Shown: one piece after another, positions 1 to 12,297 of the stretch
Layout of the letters: every line of letters begins with the position of its first letter
Numbering within the stretch: the first letter of the stretch is position 1
DNA from: Octopus bimaculoides
Taxonomy: Eukaryota
Reading direction: 5' to 3'
Assembly (NCBI RefSeq): GCF_001194135.2
Contig: NC_069004.1
Location: 36,106,699-36,161,733 of the forward strand
Length of the DNA: 55,035 bases
Position numbers and translations under genes: made by a program
The notes under the pieces: model-generated
What the model saw: only the letters and a program-made list of their open reading frames with translations
Told to the model about the DNA's origin: nothing
The model's database searches: none

Positions 1-345
1 AATCTTAAGTACTCTGTCACATACTCTAACTACCTCGATTACCTTATCAACCCATTTCTCTGCTAGAAGTATTCCTACGCCCCCGACTCCGTCAGTGTTC
101 CCTGCCCAGAAAAACTTGTACCTGTGTTCTTTGCCTGTGAGGAACCTCGCAGAAACTCCTCTCCATCTTACTTCTTGGATGCAGCACAGATCTACGCGTC
201 GCCGTTCAAGCATCTCAACAATCTCACCAGACCTACCTTTCAGCATGCCGACGTTGAGAGTGCCAATCCTGACAGTGTGGGAGGAGTGGGTGTCAGAGGA
301 GTGGGCCTGTGTGACCCTGGGATGGGGGTAAGCAGTGTCGTGAAC
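1..345 (-). mobile_element. RTE-clade LINE, N-terminal AP endonuclease region, running off the window start
   Basis: Stop-free minus-strand frame: ...TVRIGTLNVGMLKGRSGEIVEMLERRRVDLCCIQEVRWRG...YKFFWAGNTDGVGGVGILLAEKWVDKVIEVVRVCDRVLKI (APE motifs TLNV, QEVRW, GVGILL). Confidence 0.92.
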
Positions 346-388
346 CTGAAAAGAAAGCTTGCCTTAATATAATAATAATAACAATAAC

Positions 389-419
<31 letters not shown>

Positions 420-1980
420 GTATTATAAATGATAGTGACAGTAATATGAAAGATTATAATAACAAATATCCTTACCAAAACTTTAGTTTCTTCTTTAATT
501 TGGGGTTTTTACTCATTAAAGCACACCTACCCCTATTAAGGTTTTCTTCTTTTTATCATTTTTTTCCTTCTACGTCCAGACATTTTGCATTCTAAGACCA
601 GCAGAATACTTCTGCCTATTTTCCACTTCTCCACTTTACTCTTCTTGCTTATTCCTTATTTGCATTGCACTTCCCTTACCACCCACACCATCTTCTTTTA
701 CTCATCACCATCATTAATGATTGTATTCCAACAGTTCCTCCAATAATGGGAGTATTGCTACTCCCATTATTATTGTTGTTGTTGTTGTTATAATATTATA
801 ATCTTATTGTTTCTAAATTTCTTCTCTCAAAGAACTATTGATTTTCTTGTCTTCTTCCAAATCTGCACCTTTATGCTTCCCTTGTTCATTTTTTCACCTT
901 TTCTCTTCTTCCTACCATTTATATCTGCTGTGCTTCACTAATTTTCTTCTCTTGCAGAACAAAAACTAATTTTTTAGGACCACTGCTGTATTATTGTAAT
1001 TATTCTTTCTCCAATTTTTCTTTCATTCTTTTCTCACTTCTCTCCCTGAACCCTAACCCTTTTCTCTTTCTTTCATTCATGACATCCTTCTTTGTAACAG
1101 TGTCTCATCCCCTTCATATAACCCTAACCCTAACCCTTCACATGCCCCCTTGCCTTCCCTTTTCCTCACCCTTGTACCTTCCAGCAACCTCCTCCTTCCC
1201 ACATCTTCCTCACACACACAATACAGTTATATAACCCCCAACACTTCACACCCCAACTAATCCACACCACTCTACTTCCACACTTGCACACCTTTTCTTT
1301 TGCCCCTCTCAAAAGCTGGGTAGACTCTTATACATGTGCATGCACACCCAAGCCCCTCCTCCCATTTTATCTCTCCATGTTAAAACATTTCCACTTCTAA
1401 CTTCTCACTCATATTTCTCTTTTTTCTTTCTACGAACACACACACACACGCTTTCTCTCACGCCACCACCAACCAAATGACATTTGTTCATGCAATTGTT
1501 GTTTATGGCAGGTTCACTGAATGAGTGTATATGTGTTGTGTGTATGTACTGATGCGTGTGCGTGTATATATATATATCTTATGCTGTGTGAATACTACAC
1601 TCTCCTTCCCTTCCCTCTTATTATGTGGGAATGAGGACAAGTCATTGTTATTGTTGTTTCTGATGATGTAAAACTGTGTGATTAGTTCTAACACTTTCAC
1701 AAAATGTTAGTTTATTCTTTGTCTTATTGTCCTCCTTCACTATTGTTTTCAGTTATTGGAGTCTGGTCATACTGGAGCTATTGCCTTTAAGAATCTTTTT
1801 TAGTTAATTTCATCAAAGAAAGACATTGTTTTTGTTGTAGGGAGTTAGTAATAATGGTACACTGCCCCCATGTGATGAATGGAATAACATAGTTACTATA
1901 GGTAAAGAGAAGTGCGTGAAGTACGAGAGTATGTAGTAGGTGGTCAGAGATAGCTGTGTCTTTACTGGTTTTACCAAGTA

Positions 1981-3166
1981 TATTGTATACTGAATTGGGC
2001 GTTATAACAATACAACATTGTAAGGATATAATAGTGGTGATGAAGAATTAAACAACTCACGGGAGGAATTAATAAACTCGATGTGGATCAGCCAATTCAT
2101 GTGGAGTTAATAGAAATTCAAAGAGGAGTTAATAAACCAACAAAGTTGGTGTGAAAATCTTTTTTAAAAAGCAAAATTATGGAAAATTTGTTGGTAGGTT
2201 AACTTGAGTTGCAAAAACAGCAACAACTGCTGAAAGAACAACAACAACTGCAGATACAACAAATGGCCAGAAATTTGTAAGTGTAGAAAACCAAACCTTC
2301 TCAACTGTGATAAATTTTTACACAAATTGTTTGCAAGCTTTGGCATCTCAGAGAAGAGAGTACCTGACAATGGAATGCAATTTGAGCCTAGTGAATTTTT
2401 AAAAATTTGTAAAACGTTTGCAATACGAACATATAACTATGGTGCTGTACCATCCCAGGTCTAATGGACAGGCAGAATGCTTTGTCGATACCTTCAAAAG
2501 GGCCTTCAGAAAATTGAATAAGGAAGTCACGAATGAGGTAACTCTACGAACATTTTTAAGAATGTACAATGTGACACCAAACTCGAGTACACAAGTAGGT
2601 AGATCACTTTTGGAGCTGATGTTTCCAATGAAAGTAAAATCAATATTTGATAAATTGCTACCTGGCAAGACAAAGGAAAGTGCCAGGGAAGACATAGCAA
2701 GATTTTTTTAAGTTAGTGAAAAGGTGTATAAGAGGGCATATAAAAACGGAGAGGAGAGTTGGGAAGATGATGTAATTATCAAATGCATAGGTAAAATGAT
2801 GTATTGGGTAAGAAGTAGAAAAGGCATACAAAAGAGACACAGGAACCAACTGGAAAAGAGATTCGTGAGAAGCAAACCAAAGAAGTTGGTGGAACCGATG
2901 GAATGGGTGTACGATACATTGTTTACTCGTGTAGTTTTATGGATTATATTCGTTATTAGGAATTTTTTGGAGTGAAAAAATGATGCAGTGACCTAACAAA
3001 TTGTATTTAGAATATTAATTGCGATTCTTTAATCCAAGAAATTTGGAATTGTGTAAATGCATGAATTTTAAACATACACACACACACAGAAAATCTGCCT
3101 TTTATAGTATAGATACTGCATACTGAAGTGGGCGTTATAACAATACAACATTGTAAAGATAAAACA
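1981..3166 (+). mobile_element. Decayed, internally deleted Ty3/Gypsy LTR retrotransposon (integrase remnant between two LTR-end-like direct repeats)
   Basis: Frameshifted integrase text (DNGMQF; YHPRSNGQAECFVDTFKRA; LRMYNVTPNS). 53-bp direct repeats at 1981-2033 and 3114-3166 (47/53 identical). PBS-like tggtgatgaaga at 2035. Confidence 0.8.
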
Positions 3167-3248
3167 GTTTTCTTTCCTTTCAGCAGAGCAGATTGTTATG
3201 TGTGTATGGTGATGGTGGTGGTGATGGATATATATATATATATATATA

Positions 3249-3700
3249 TCTTATACATAAATAGCAATTTCTCTCTGTCGATCTGTCTGTTATGATCTTG
3301 CTGCCTACACTAGTGAACTAATCTTGACAAAACTTTTGCATACATGTTAAACTAACATCCAGTTCAATTATAGGATAATTGGATTCCAATCAAAATCCAT
3401 AATGGGCACCCTAGGGGTGTTGGGCTATTATTTAATAAAATGGGAAGGGTGCAAGAGTGTTAGTGTGAAGAAAATGTGGTGGCATAGTGAGTGTGGTTGA
3501 TATCAGAGAAGGGAAGAACAGCATTGTGTATGCGACAAATATGGAGATGAGTGGCAGTTGTATTGCTGTCACCAGAGGTATGCCCTTCTGGCAAATATCA
3601 GGCCTCTAACTGATGACAACCTGGATATACCACCTTAGCACCAGCTGCTACTCTGCACTGCCTGCTCCAAAGTCACCACTACCAACCAACCCCATGAGCA
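3249..3700 (+). mobile_element. Possible non-autonomous Helitron/Helentron-like repeat
   Basis: Starts a/tcttatacataa after (TA)n and carries a tctgtctg tract followed by an atcttgacaaaactt motif; similar text at 17245-17460. Right end not identified. Confidence 0.3.
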
Positions 3701-4429
3701 GGACTGCCATTTACCAATCCCCAATGTTTATTAACCCCCAATGCATGCCAATCCCTAATGCTTACCAATTCCCAATGCTTACCAATCTCAACGCTTGCTT
3801 TGCATATGTATACTCATGCACATGTGCATGTGAAGGCACATATGTGCATGTGTGTGCACTCTGGTATGCACACACACACACATGCACAATACACACACAC
3901 ACACACACACACACATCAACCTCAGGTGCACTCCACCTTTAGTATTTCGATAATCTACAACAATGTTTTTCATTTATTTTTCCCAAAACGTTTTCTTAGT
4001 CAATATATACTCAGTGAAAATCTGTCAACCTCAAGGGCAAACAGACAGACACAGGCAGGCAGGCAGATCAAACATAGAAAATATAATTTAAAAAATTAAA
4101 AAACATGAAAAATATTCAGTATTCAATGGAAAATAGATCAGTGGTGATTAGAAAATGGCCAAAACTGGGTCGCCCTGTTTTTTTATGTTTTATTCAGGGA
4201 GGTGGTGGGCGAGGGATGATATTATGTGGCTATAAAGCCATACTTTTGTGTTTGAGTATTGTTTCGTTTATTTATATATATGTATGTATAAAATATTGAA
4301 ATCTTTTGAAAGAGTTAGTCATTTAAAAAGCACCTAGAAACTAATAAACCCTCCTCTCCGTTTATTCATTAATAAACTCTAGAACGTCTATAACTGCTCT
4401 CTGTTCGTCCTTCTGTAACCCTGGTCTCT

Positions 4430-5601
4430 GGATCTGTTGAGGATCTGGTACTGGATGAACTTTACAAACCCACAAGATTTCTTTCTTAATTCCACTCTCT
4501 TTGAAACACTGAAATGGTTAACCCTTTTAAAATGCTTATGTCATGGAAGTTCACCATTGGAAATCTTCCATGAGTTTTTGACAGATGAAACATTCCAATA
4601 TATAGGGGATGAAACGAATGATTGAAAACCATCCCCAGCAAGTCAGAGCCAGGCATGGTGGTGACTGGTTTCCAACCACAGGAGAAGTTCTGCTTGTCCT
4701 GCTGATACTGATGGCCATTGTGGAAGAAACCAACCCTGGTGTCATATTGGAATCAGAATCCAGCCACGTTGACACCTTTCTTCCCAGAAATGATGCCATG
4801 TGATTGATTTTTGGTGTTTCTTCGAAATCTACATTTCAATTCAGGTGAGAACTAGGATGACAGGCTGCACAAAATACATCCTATTGTTGACAAAGAGGCT
4901 GAAAATTTCAGAACAGTGTATGTTCACACACAGGACATTTGTGTGTGGAAATTCAAGGGAAGGCTCCAATTCAAACAATACAACCCAACCAAACGTGCCT
5001 GTTTTGGAGTGAAGGTTTATAAAGTATGCCATTCAACTGGCAGAGCCTGTGGGTACATGTGGAATTACAGAATCTACACTGGTCAGGACAGATTGGATCT
5101 TCCAGCGTCTACTCTAGCGTCAACTGATGTCATGTTGTTGCTGAATGAAAACTCGTTTGACAAACGCTACAACATTTATATGGACAACTGGTTTCCCAGT
5201 CCAGACCCTCTTCTTGAAGCTGCAGGCACGGATGACTAATGCCTGTGGGACTGTGAAGATGCACAGGAAAACCATGCCGCCCGATCATCACAGCAAAAAA
5301 CTTTGAAAGGGGGAAACCATACCGATGGCACCGATAGTGGCATTCTCACTCTAAAGTCAATTTTTGAATTCACGTGATTGTAAATACATGAAGTTGATCT
5401 TATTTGAGTGATCTTATTCAGGAATAATAGAGCATGAGCATCCTGGAAAGGTATATAGTTTAGGTAAATAAATTGTTCTTGCACTAAGCAGCCAACATAG
5501 ATGTATGCTAAATATTATCTTGTATTGAAAACTGACCTCAATCAGTTTGATTACCATTGCCGCGTGCAGGCAACCACATGACTCAGTCATGAACTAGTTA
5601 A
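4430..5601 (+). mobile_element. piggyBac (PGBD-like) transposase relic
   Basis: Broken frames give SPLEIFHEFLTDE, WKFKGRLQFKQYNPTKRACFGVKVYKVC, GYMWNYRIYTG, YNIYMDNWFPSP and ACGTV; a possible right end is gtcatgaactag/TTAA at 5598-5601. Confidence 0.88.
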
Positions 5602-6016
5602 AGTGGCTGACGTAAATATATGTCAAATGATTGTCATACCCTAATTGCTGATCTTAGCCAAGACGATCACCGTCAATGCAACCTAGTTGCTTGATAAAAA
5701 GAAAAAAAGAAAACTTTGTCATGGGATTAATGTCCTTTACAAGTCATTTGATGTATAAAATAATTATGTGATGTTTTGGCTAGCATTCAGTTCTATTTAT
5801 GTGGGATCGACTTGTGTAAGGAGAGGGCGTCGCTATTGTTATTTCACATTTAATCTTTGCTTTTTTTTTCTTCTCCCCTACTCTCCAAATTGACGTTTTA
5901 TTTATGTATTCATTTATTATTATTATTATTATTATTTTGGAGAGATAGCATAGTGCTGAATGTTAAGGAACATTGTTTGCTGTGCTTGTGCCTCTCTCCC
6001 AGAGAGAGAGAGAGGG

Positions 6017-6073
<57 letters not shown>

Positions 6074-7002
6074 GTTTCAAAGTATGTCCATATTAATCTG
6101 TCATTAATGAAAGTCTTCTATTATTTCTATGTTGAAATCACAAACTGAATAACCTTTCAAAAAGGTTGTTCTTTGTGGGGATTCTAAATTGTCTTTCCTA
6201 TCAAAGGTTTGGGGGATGTTGGTCCATGATTATATTTTGACATCTTTTATTATGTTTTATATCTCTTACTTTACAATTAATGAGGGAATATTTGGGATAC
6301 ATCTCCTAATTTCTTTCTCCATGTGTATCTGTTGAAGTGGTAAGATAAACTTCAGGTCTGCATCTGTTCTTTTCTGAAACATTAGTCTAAAGGTTCATTT
6401 CATGAAAAGTTTTCTTAATATATTTATTCTTCCTCTCTTGAACTTGCCGTCTTTTAATACTATCAATCTTACCATATACTGACCTTAGATTTTCTGTGAC
6501 AACTCTCTTTCAGAATCTGTAATGTTATAGAGTTTTACATTATAGAGGACATCTTCTATCCTCCTTGGTTCTTGTAGAATATTTTCAAATATTTTCTTCG
6601 CTTCCCTGACCCTTCAATCTTGAGTTTATCCAGATAACTTCAAAATATTGAATATGTTTCCATCACCCGTCAAACTGATGTATTGTCATGCATCCTTCAT
6701 TATTCTTATCATGTCTGCCATTAAAATGTTCTGTTTGGCATTTACCCCAGAAACAACCTTTCTTGATTACAAGTGGGGTTACCTCACAGAGATTTTCTGT
6801 ATTTTGATGCTTTAACTGCCACACGTACCACCATGGTTTGTCAAATACTTCAACTAACAGCCATATGCACCACCAGTTCTATATATTTCATAATTTGAGA
6901 AAATGATTTTCTATCTTTGACATGATTTTGAGAATATCAAAATAACATGACGGATAAATTGTCTTATCCTTTTACTTTTTTTTTAAAATTTATTTCAATT
7001 AC

Positions 7003-7251
7003 TAAACTGTGCCATGCTGGGGCACTGCCTTGAAGAATTTTTAGTTGAATGAACTGACCCCAGGGTTTATTCTCATTAAGCTTGGTACTTATTCTATCAG
7101 TCAGTTTTGGTGAGTTGCTAAGTTATGGCAATATAAATACACCAACACTTGTTGTCAAGTGGTGGTGGGGGATAAACACAGACACAGACACACATACACA
7201 CTGATACATATACATACATACATACGTAGATACATACATAAATATATATTT

Positions 7252-7311
<60 letters not shown>

Positions 7312-7479
7312 TTATATATATGATGGGCTTCTCCCGGTTTTTCTCTATCAAATCCACTCACAAGGCTTTGGTCAGCCCAAGGCTGCAGGTAGAAGACACT
7401 TTCCCAAGATGCCATGCAGTGGGACTGAACCCAGAACTATGTGGTTCAGAAGCAAACATCTACCACACAGCCTATGCCT
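7003..7479 (-). mobile_element. tRNA-derived SINE, family A (commonest here), with internal (TA)n/(CA)n
   Basis: Shares body text with the copies at 9460 and 15340; tRNA-like head with B-box ggttcagtccc on the minus strand. Confidence 0.85.
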
Positions 7480-9459
7480 ATAAATATTAAAATTTAATAA
7501 TGAAATATTGTAGAGATGCCCAAAATTCCCATTTCCTTGTAATCAAACAATATGCAGTGTGATTGGAAATATGTGGTGTCACTGGTGATTTCCAGTGAAA
7601 GGCCATGGCAGTGGATGTGTTAAATTGTGTATTCTCAGTTCCAGTGATGGCTGAGTTTTTCTTTTTTGATGAGTCAATGTTTGGCTTTGATAATTTCATC
7701 TTAAAAGGTAAACACTTGTGACTTTGAAGCTATTGTGAGTGGAAATTTGTTGTGTTGTAAACCTAAAAAATATTGTTCATATCAGTGAATGCAATCATTT
7801 TATTGATGAGTTTTATATTATTAACATAATGAGACTTGAGTGCAATAATATCATTTGAAGTGGCTAATTGTCTTAATTGTCTTTCCCTCAACACTATAAA
7901 AAGATTCAAGACATCTCTAACTACTTCAGTACCTACACCACCGCCTTTCACCTGTTTAAAAAGTTCATTTCTTTGTTATAATATAGCTGGTGCTAACTAC
8001 TGACACTATCATGGTTCCAATTTTATCACTTGAAGTTAGTTTTTACCAATCAAGCAACCATCAAGTAGGATTTACTGGGAATCTTTTTAACAGCAGAAGA
8101 AACAGCAGTAGGAGGTACACCTAGTCTAGATCATGAGAGAACAGACGTTCCTAGGCAGGTCTGAATATTTCTTATAGCAAAGCATAAACTAGGAGTAGAT
8201 CCAATTTCTAGGCATTATGAAGTTGTTGATACCCAAAGAGATTGTAAAGAGACTTTATGATCTTGTCAAACCGCATCTGAAAAATCTGGAACAAAAAATG
8301 TCAAAGAAGAATTTGCACATTTTTACATTCTGCTTTAAAATGATATTATATTTGATATTAGTACTTCAAAAGACCTTAGAGATTTAGAGATTTACTGTGT
8401 GGAGCATTTTGAATGTAGAAAATGCTCTGCAAATCTATTTGTCACTTATGATTACAAAGTATTGTGGAGAAGATTTTATTTTCAAAGGGAAAAACGAGGC
8501 CGATACAGCTCAGTACCAATGCCATCACCGACACAGCCTTTAGAATGCAAATAACCAGAACAAATACAATAAGACATACCACCCAATACCCTCACCATTC
8601 TATCAATCCATTGGCCTGGATGTTTTCATCAATCCTAAAAGAATGAAAGCTAAAGCTGATTTCAGTAGGATTTGAACTCGTACTACAGAGATTCAGGACT
8701 TATACCACAATGTATTCAGTTCATCTCCCTAACCATTCCAACAAGTCACAGCTTTTTTTTATTAATAATAATTTCTAGTAAAACAGCCATGAATCATAAA
8801 CCTAATTCTAATAAAACATACTACAAAAGCCATAAAATTAAAGAAAACCCTTTCCATTAGTAACTGATGCCCCACCCTGCAAATGTGTTACGAAGCTGTA
8901 AACTTTGTGGCCTCCAATCATTACAGTTGCCACCATTCATGGACGTCACTTTCTCACCATTTACAAGGCACAGTTATACAACACAACATCAAATGCAACT
9001 TGACAATATTTGCAATTATTTTTCAGTGTTGGACTTGTTTGGTGACTTGACTGAAACAATTACACAAAAGGGAAGAAAATCATTGATGCTAATTATAACA
9101 CACACCGACTTTACTTTTGCTTTTTTGGGGCATTATTTTTTTAAAGAAATATCCTTGTGATTGTGCTATTTATGATGATGTTGATGATGATGAAATCCGA
9201 AACTGAGTCAAGGATGAAATTCACTATGAAACACTTTGAATTTTTTGTAATATACAATCATCCTCCTCCTCCTGCACCGGTCAGGCAACTTGCCCAGGCC
9301 AGAGCTACTCTTCCATGCCAGGTGTCCCAATCAAATGCCAGGTCTGAGCCGAGCTTTCTTCACATTGATCTCTCATCTGTGCCAGCCATGACCACACGCT
9401 GGATGCTGCTGGCTGATGCTGGCTGTTGACAGCTTTTACTATTCATTTACTCATTTATT

Positions 9460-9813
9460 TACTTTTTTCAGTCATTTCACTGCGGCCATGCTGGAGCACT
9501 GCCTTTTAATCAAACAGATCGATCCCAGGATATATTATTTGTAAGCCAAGTACTTATTCTATCAGTCTCTTTTGCTGAACCACTAAGTTACAGGGACGTA
9601 AACACACCAACATTAGTTGTCAAGCAATGATGGGGGACAAGCACACGCATGGCAGGCTTCTTTCAGTTTCCATCTATCAAATCCATTCGCAAGGCTTTGG
9701 TTGGCCTGAGGCTATAGAAGAAGACAGTTGCCCAAGGTGCTATGCAGTGGGACTGAACATAGAACCATGTGGTTGGGAAGCAAGCTTCTTACCACGCAAC
9801 CACTCCTGCGCCT
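9460..9813 (-). mobile_element. tRNA-derived SINE, family A
   Basis: Minus-strand head aggcgcaggagtggttgcgtggtaag followed by the same body as other copies. Confidence 0.85.
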
Positions 9814-9861
9814 ATCGTGAAATAAGTGAAAGTAGTATTGAACAAATTGATTCCTTGTTTA

Positions 9862-10148
9862 TAAATAACAGGAAGCGAAAAGGAAGAGAAAAAGGAGAGA
9901 AAAGGAAGAGAAGGAAGAAAGAAGAGAAAAAGGAGAGAAAAAGAAGAGAGAAGGAAAAGAGAAGGAAGAAAGCAGAAAGAGAAAAAGAAGAGAAGGAAAA
10001 CAAGGAAGAGAAAAAGAAGAAAAGAAGAGAGAAGGAAGAGAAAAAGGAGAGAGAAGGAAGAAAGAAGAGAAAAAGGAGAGAAAAAGAAGAGAGAAGGAAA
10101 AGAGAAGGAAGAAAGCAGAAAGAGAAAAAAAAGAGAAGGAAAACAAGG
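9862..10148. repeat. Near-pure polypurine (GA-rich) low-complexity tandem repeat running into a gap
   Basis: Almost no pyrimidines on the + strand; the block agagaaggaaaagagaaggaagaaagcagaaagagaaaaa recurs. Confidence 0.9.
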
Positions 10149-10752
10149 NNNNNNNNNNNNNNNNNNNNNNNNNNNNNNNNNNNNNNNNNNNNNNNNNNNN
10201 NNNNNNNNNNNNNNNNNNNNNNNNNNNNNNNNNNNNNNNNNNNNNNNNNNNNNNNNNNNNNNNNNNNNNNNNNNNNNNNNNNNNNNNNNNNNNNNNNNNN
10301 NNNNNNNNNNNNNNNNNNNNNNNNNNNNNNNNNNNNNNNNNNNNNNNNNNNNNNNNNNNNNNNNNNNNNNNNNNNNNNNNNNNNNNNNNNNNNNNNNNNN
10401 NNNNNNNNNNNNNNNNNNNNNNNNNNNNNNNNNNNNNNNNNNNNNNNNNNNNNNNNNNNNNNNNNNNNNNNNNNNNNNNNNNNNNNNNNNNNNNNNNNNN
10501 NNNNNNNNNNNNNNNNNNNNNNNNNNNNNNNNNNNNNNNNNNNNNNNNNNNNNNNNNNNNNNNNNNNNNNNNNNNNNNNNNNNNNNNNNNNNNNNNNNNN
10601 NNNNNNNNNNNNNNNNNNNNNNNNNNNNNNNNNNNNNNNNNNNNNNNNNNNNNNNNNNNNNNNNNNNNNNNNNNNNNNNNNNNNNNNNNNNNNNNNNNNN
10701 NNNNNTACACACACACACACATATGTATATGTATATATATATATATATATAT

Positions 10753-11144
10753 ATGGCACATAAAAAGCACCATTCGAGCGTGATTGTTGCCAGCATTGCC
10801 TTACTAGCACATGTGCCGGTGGCACATGAAAAGCAGCATTTGAGCATGGTCATTGCCAGTGCCACTGAATTGGCTCCCATGCAGGTAGCATGTAAAAAAC
10901 ACCAATTGAGCATGGTCGTTGCCAGAACCACCTGACTGGCCCTTGGGCTGGTGGCACGTAAAAGCACCCACTACACTCTCAGAGTGGTTGGTGTTAGGAA
11001 GGGCATCCAGCTGTTGAAACTTTGCCAGAGCAGATTAAGCCTGGTGCAGCCTACTGGCTCGCCAGTCCTCAATCAAACCATCCAACCCATGCCAGCATGG
11101 AAAGCGGATGTTAAACAACGACGACGACGACAATGATGATGATG
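10753..11144 (+). mobile_element. Family B dispersed repeat (LINE 3'-end/SINE-like, 66-bp subrepeats, (GAT/GAC)n tail). Further copies at about 29045, 29237(-), 33335, 35240, 36262 and 45700.
   Basis: Conserved text gtggttggcattaggaagggcatccagctgtagaaac...ccaacccatgccagcatggaaagcggacgttaaacgatgatgat in many copies. Confidence 0.85.
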
Positions 11145-11928
11145 TATGCATATATACATACGTATATGTACATACTTATATCTATACACACACACATATA
11201 TATATATATATGTATGCATATGTGGGCACAGGACTTCATGAAACGTGTACAACAAAAAATACGAAGTATGAGTACATGGAATATGAACTATTTTTTCGAA
11301 CAATGAAAGTCACAAATGGAAAACAAGACAAACAACATAAAGAACGACCCTTCATCAGTTGTTGGCTGTTTTTTTCTACTCTCATATTTTGAGCAATTCA
11401 CAACAAGATACACTTTCGATAAAACAGTTGCTTCTGCGAAGCAAATTAAATAAAATTTGAGATTTTTGCGGAGGGTTAAAATTGGTAAAAAAAACAGGAC
11501 AGGGAAAACAAACAGGAAGGGCTGCTAAGCCTAAACGAGGTTGCGATGGTGAACATGCAAGCTTGGACAGGAGACAGACAAAAACACGTCTTCCTTGATC
11601 CAGCTATAACGGAGAGAAAGAAACACAAGTTAGGAGAACAAAGAAAGATGGCTGATGGTCACGTGGGAGTCAAGTGAGCAAGGGAGGAAGAGTGAGTGAC
11701 AGACAGAGAACTGTGAGGGGAAGAGGAAAAAATTTTTGACATAGGGTAAGTGAGAAAAAAACAGGAGGGGGAGAGGGGGAGGTAGAAGAATAAGAGAAAG
11801 AAAGAGAGAAAAAAAACACGCAGGTGTAATAGGATTGAATAAAAATATTAAATCCAGAAATATTTAATAATGTTTCTTAAAAAGATTTCTTAAAAATTCT
11901 GGAATATAAATCAAATTTTATTATTATG

Positions 11929-12297
11929 TTGTTGTTGGCACTCTGTCGCTTATGACGTCGAGGGTTCCAGTTGATCCGATCAATGGAACAGCCTGCTCGT
12001 GAAATTAACGTGCAAGTGGCTGAGCACTCCACAGACACGTGTACCCATAACGTAGTTCTCGGGGAGATTCAGCGTAACACAGTGTGACAAGGCTGACCGT
12101 TTGAATTACAGGCACAACAGAAACAGGAAGTATGAGAAAGTTGTGGTGGAAGAGTACAGCAGGATTTGCCACCATCCCCTGCCGGAGCCTCGTGGAGCTT
12201 TTAGGTGTTTTCGTTCAATAAACACACACAATGCCCGGTCTGGGAATCGAAACCGCGAGTCCGCTGCCCTAACCACTAGGCCATTGCGCCTCCACTT
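11929..12297 (-). mobile_element. Apparently full-length tRNA-derived SINE (distinct family) with (CAA)n tail
   Basis: Minus strand: A-box tggcctagtggtt, B-box-like ggtttcgattcc, tail caacaacaac; many CpGs retained, suggesting a young copy. Confidence 0.8.

Noticed and set aside
6850-6878. Minus-strand ggtggtgcat resembling a conserved 18S rRNA motif
   Set aside because: Only about 10 nt match and the flanks do not align; compatible with chance
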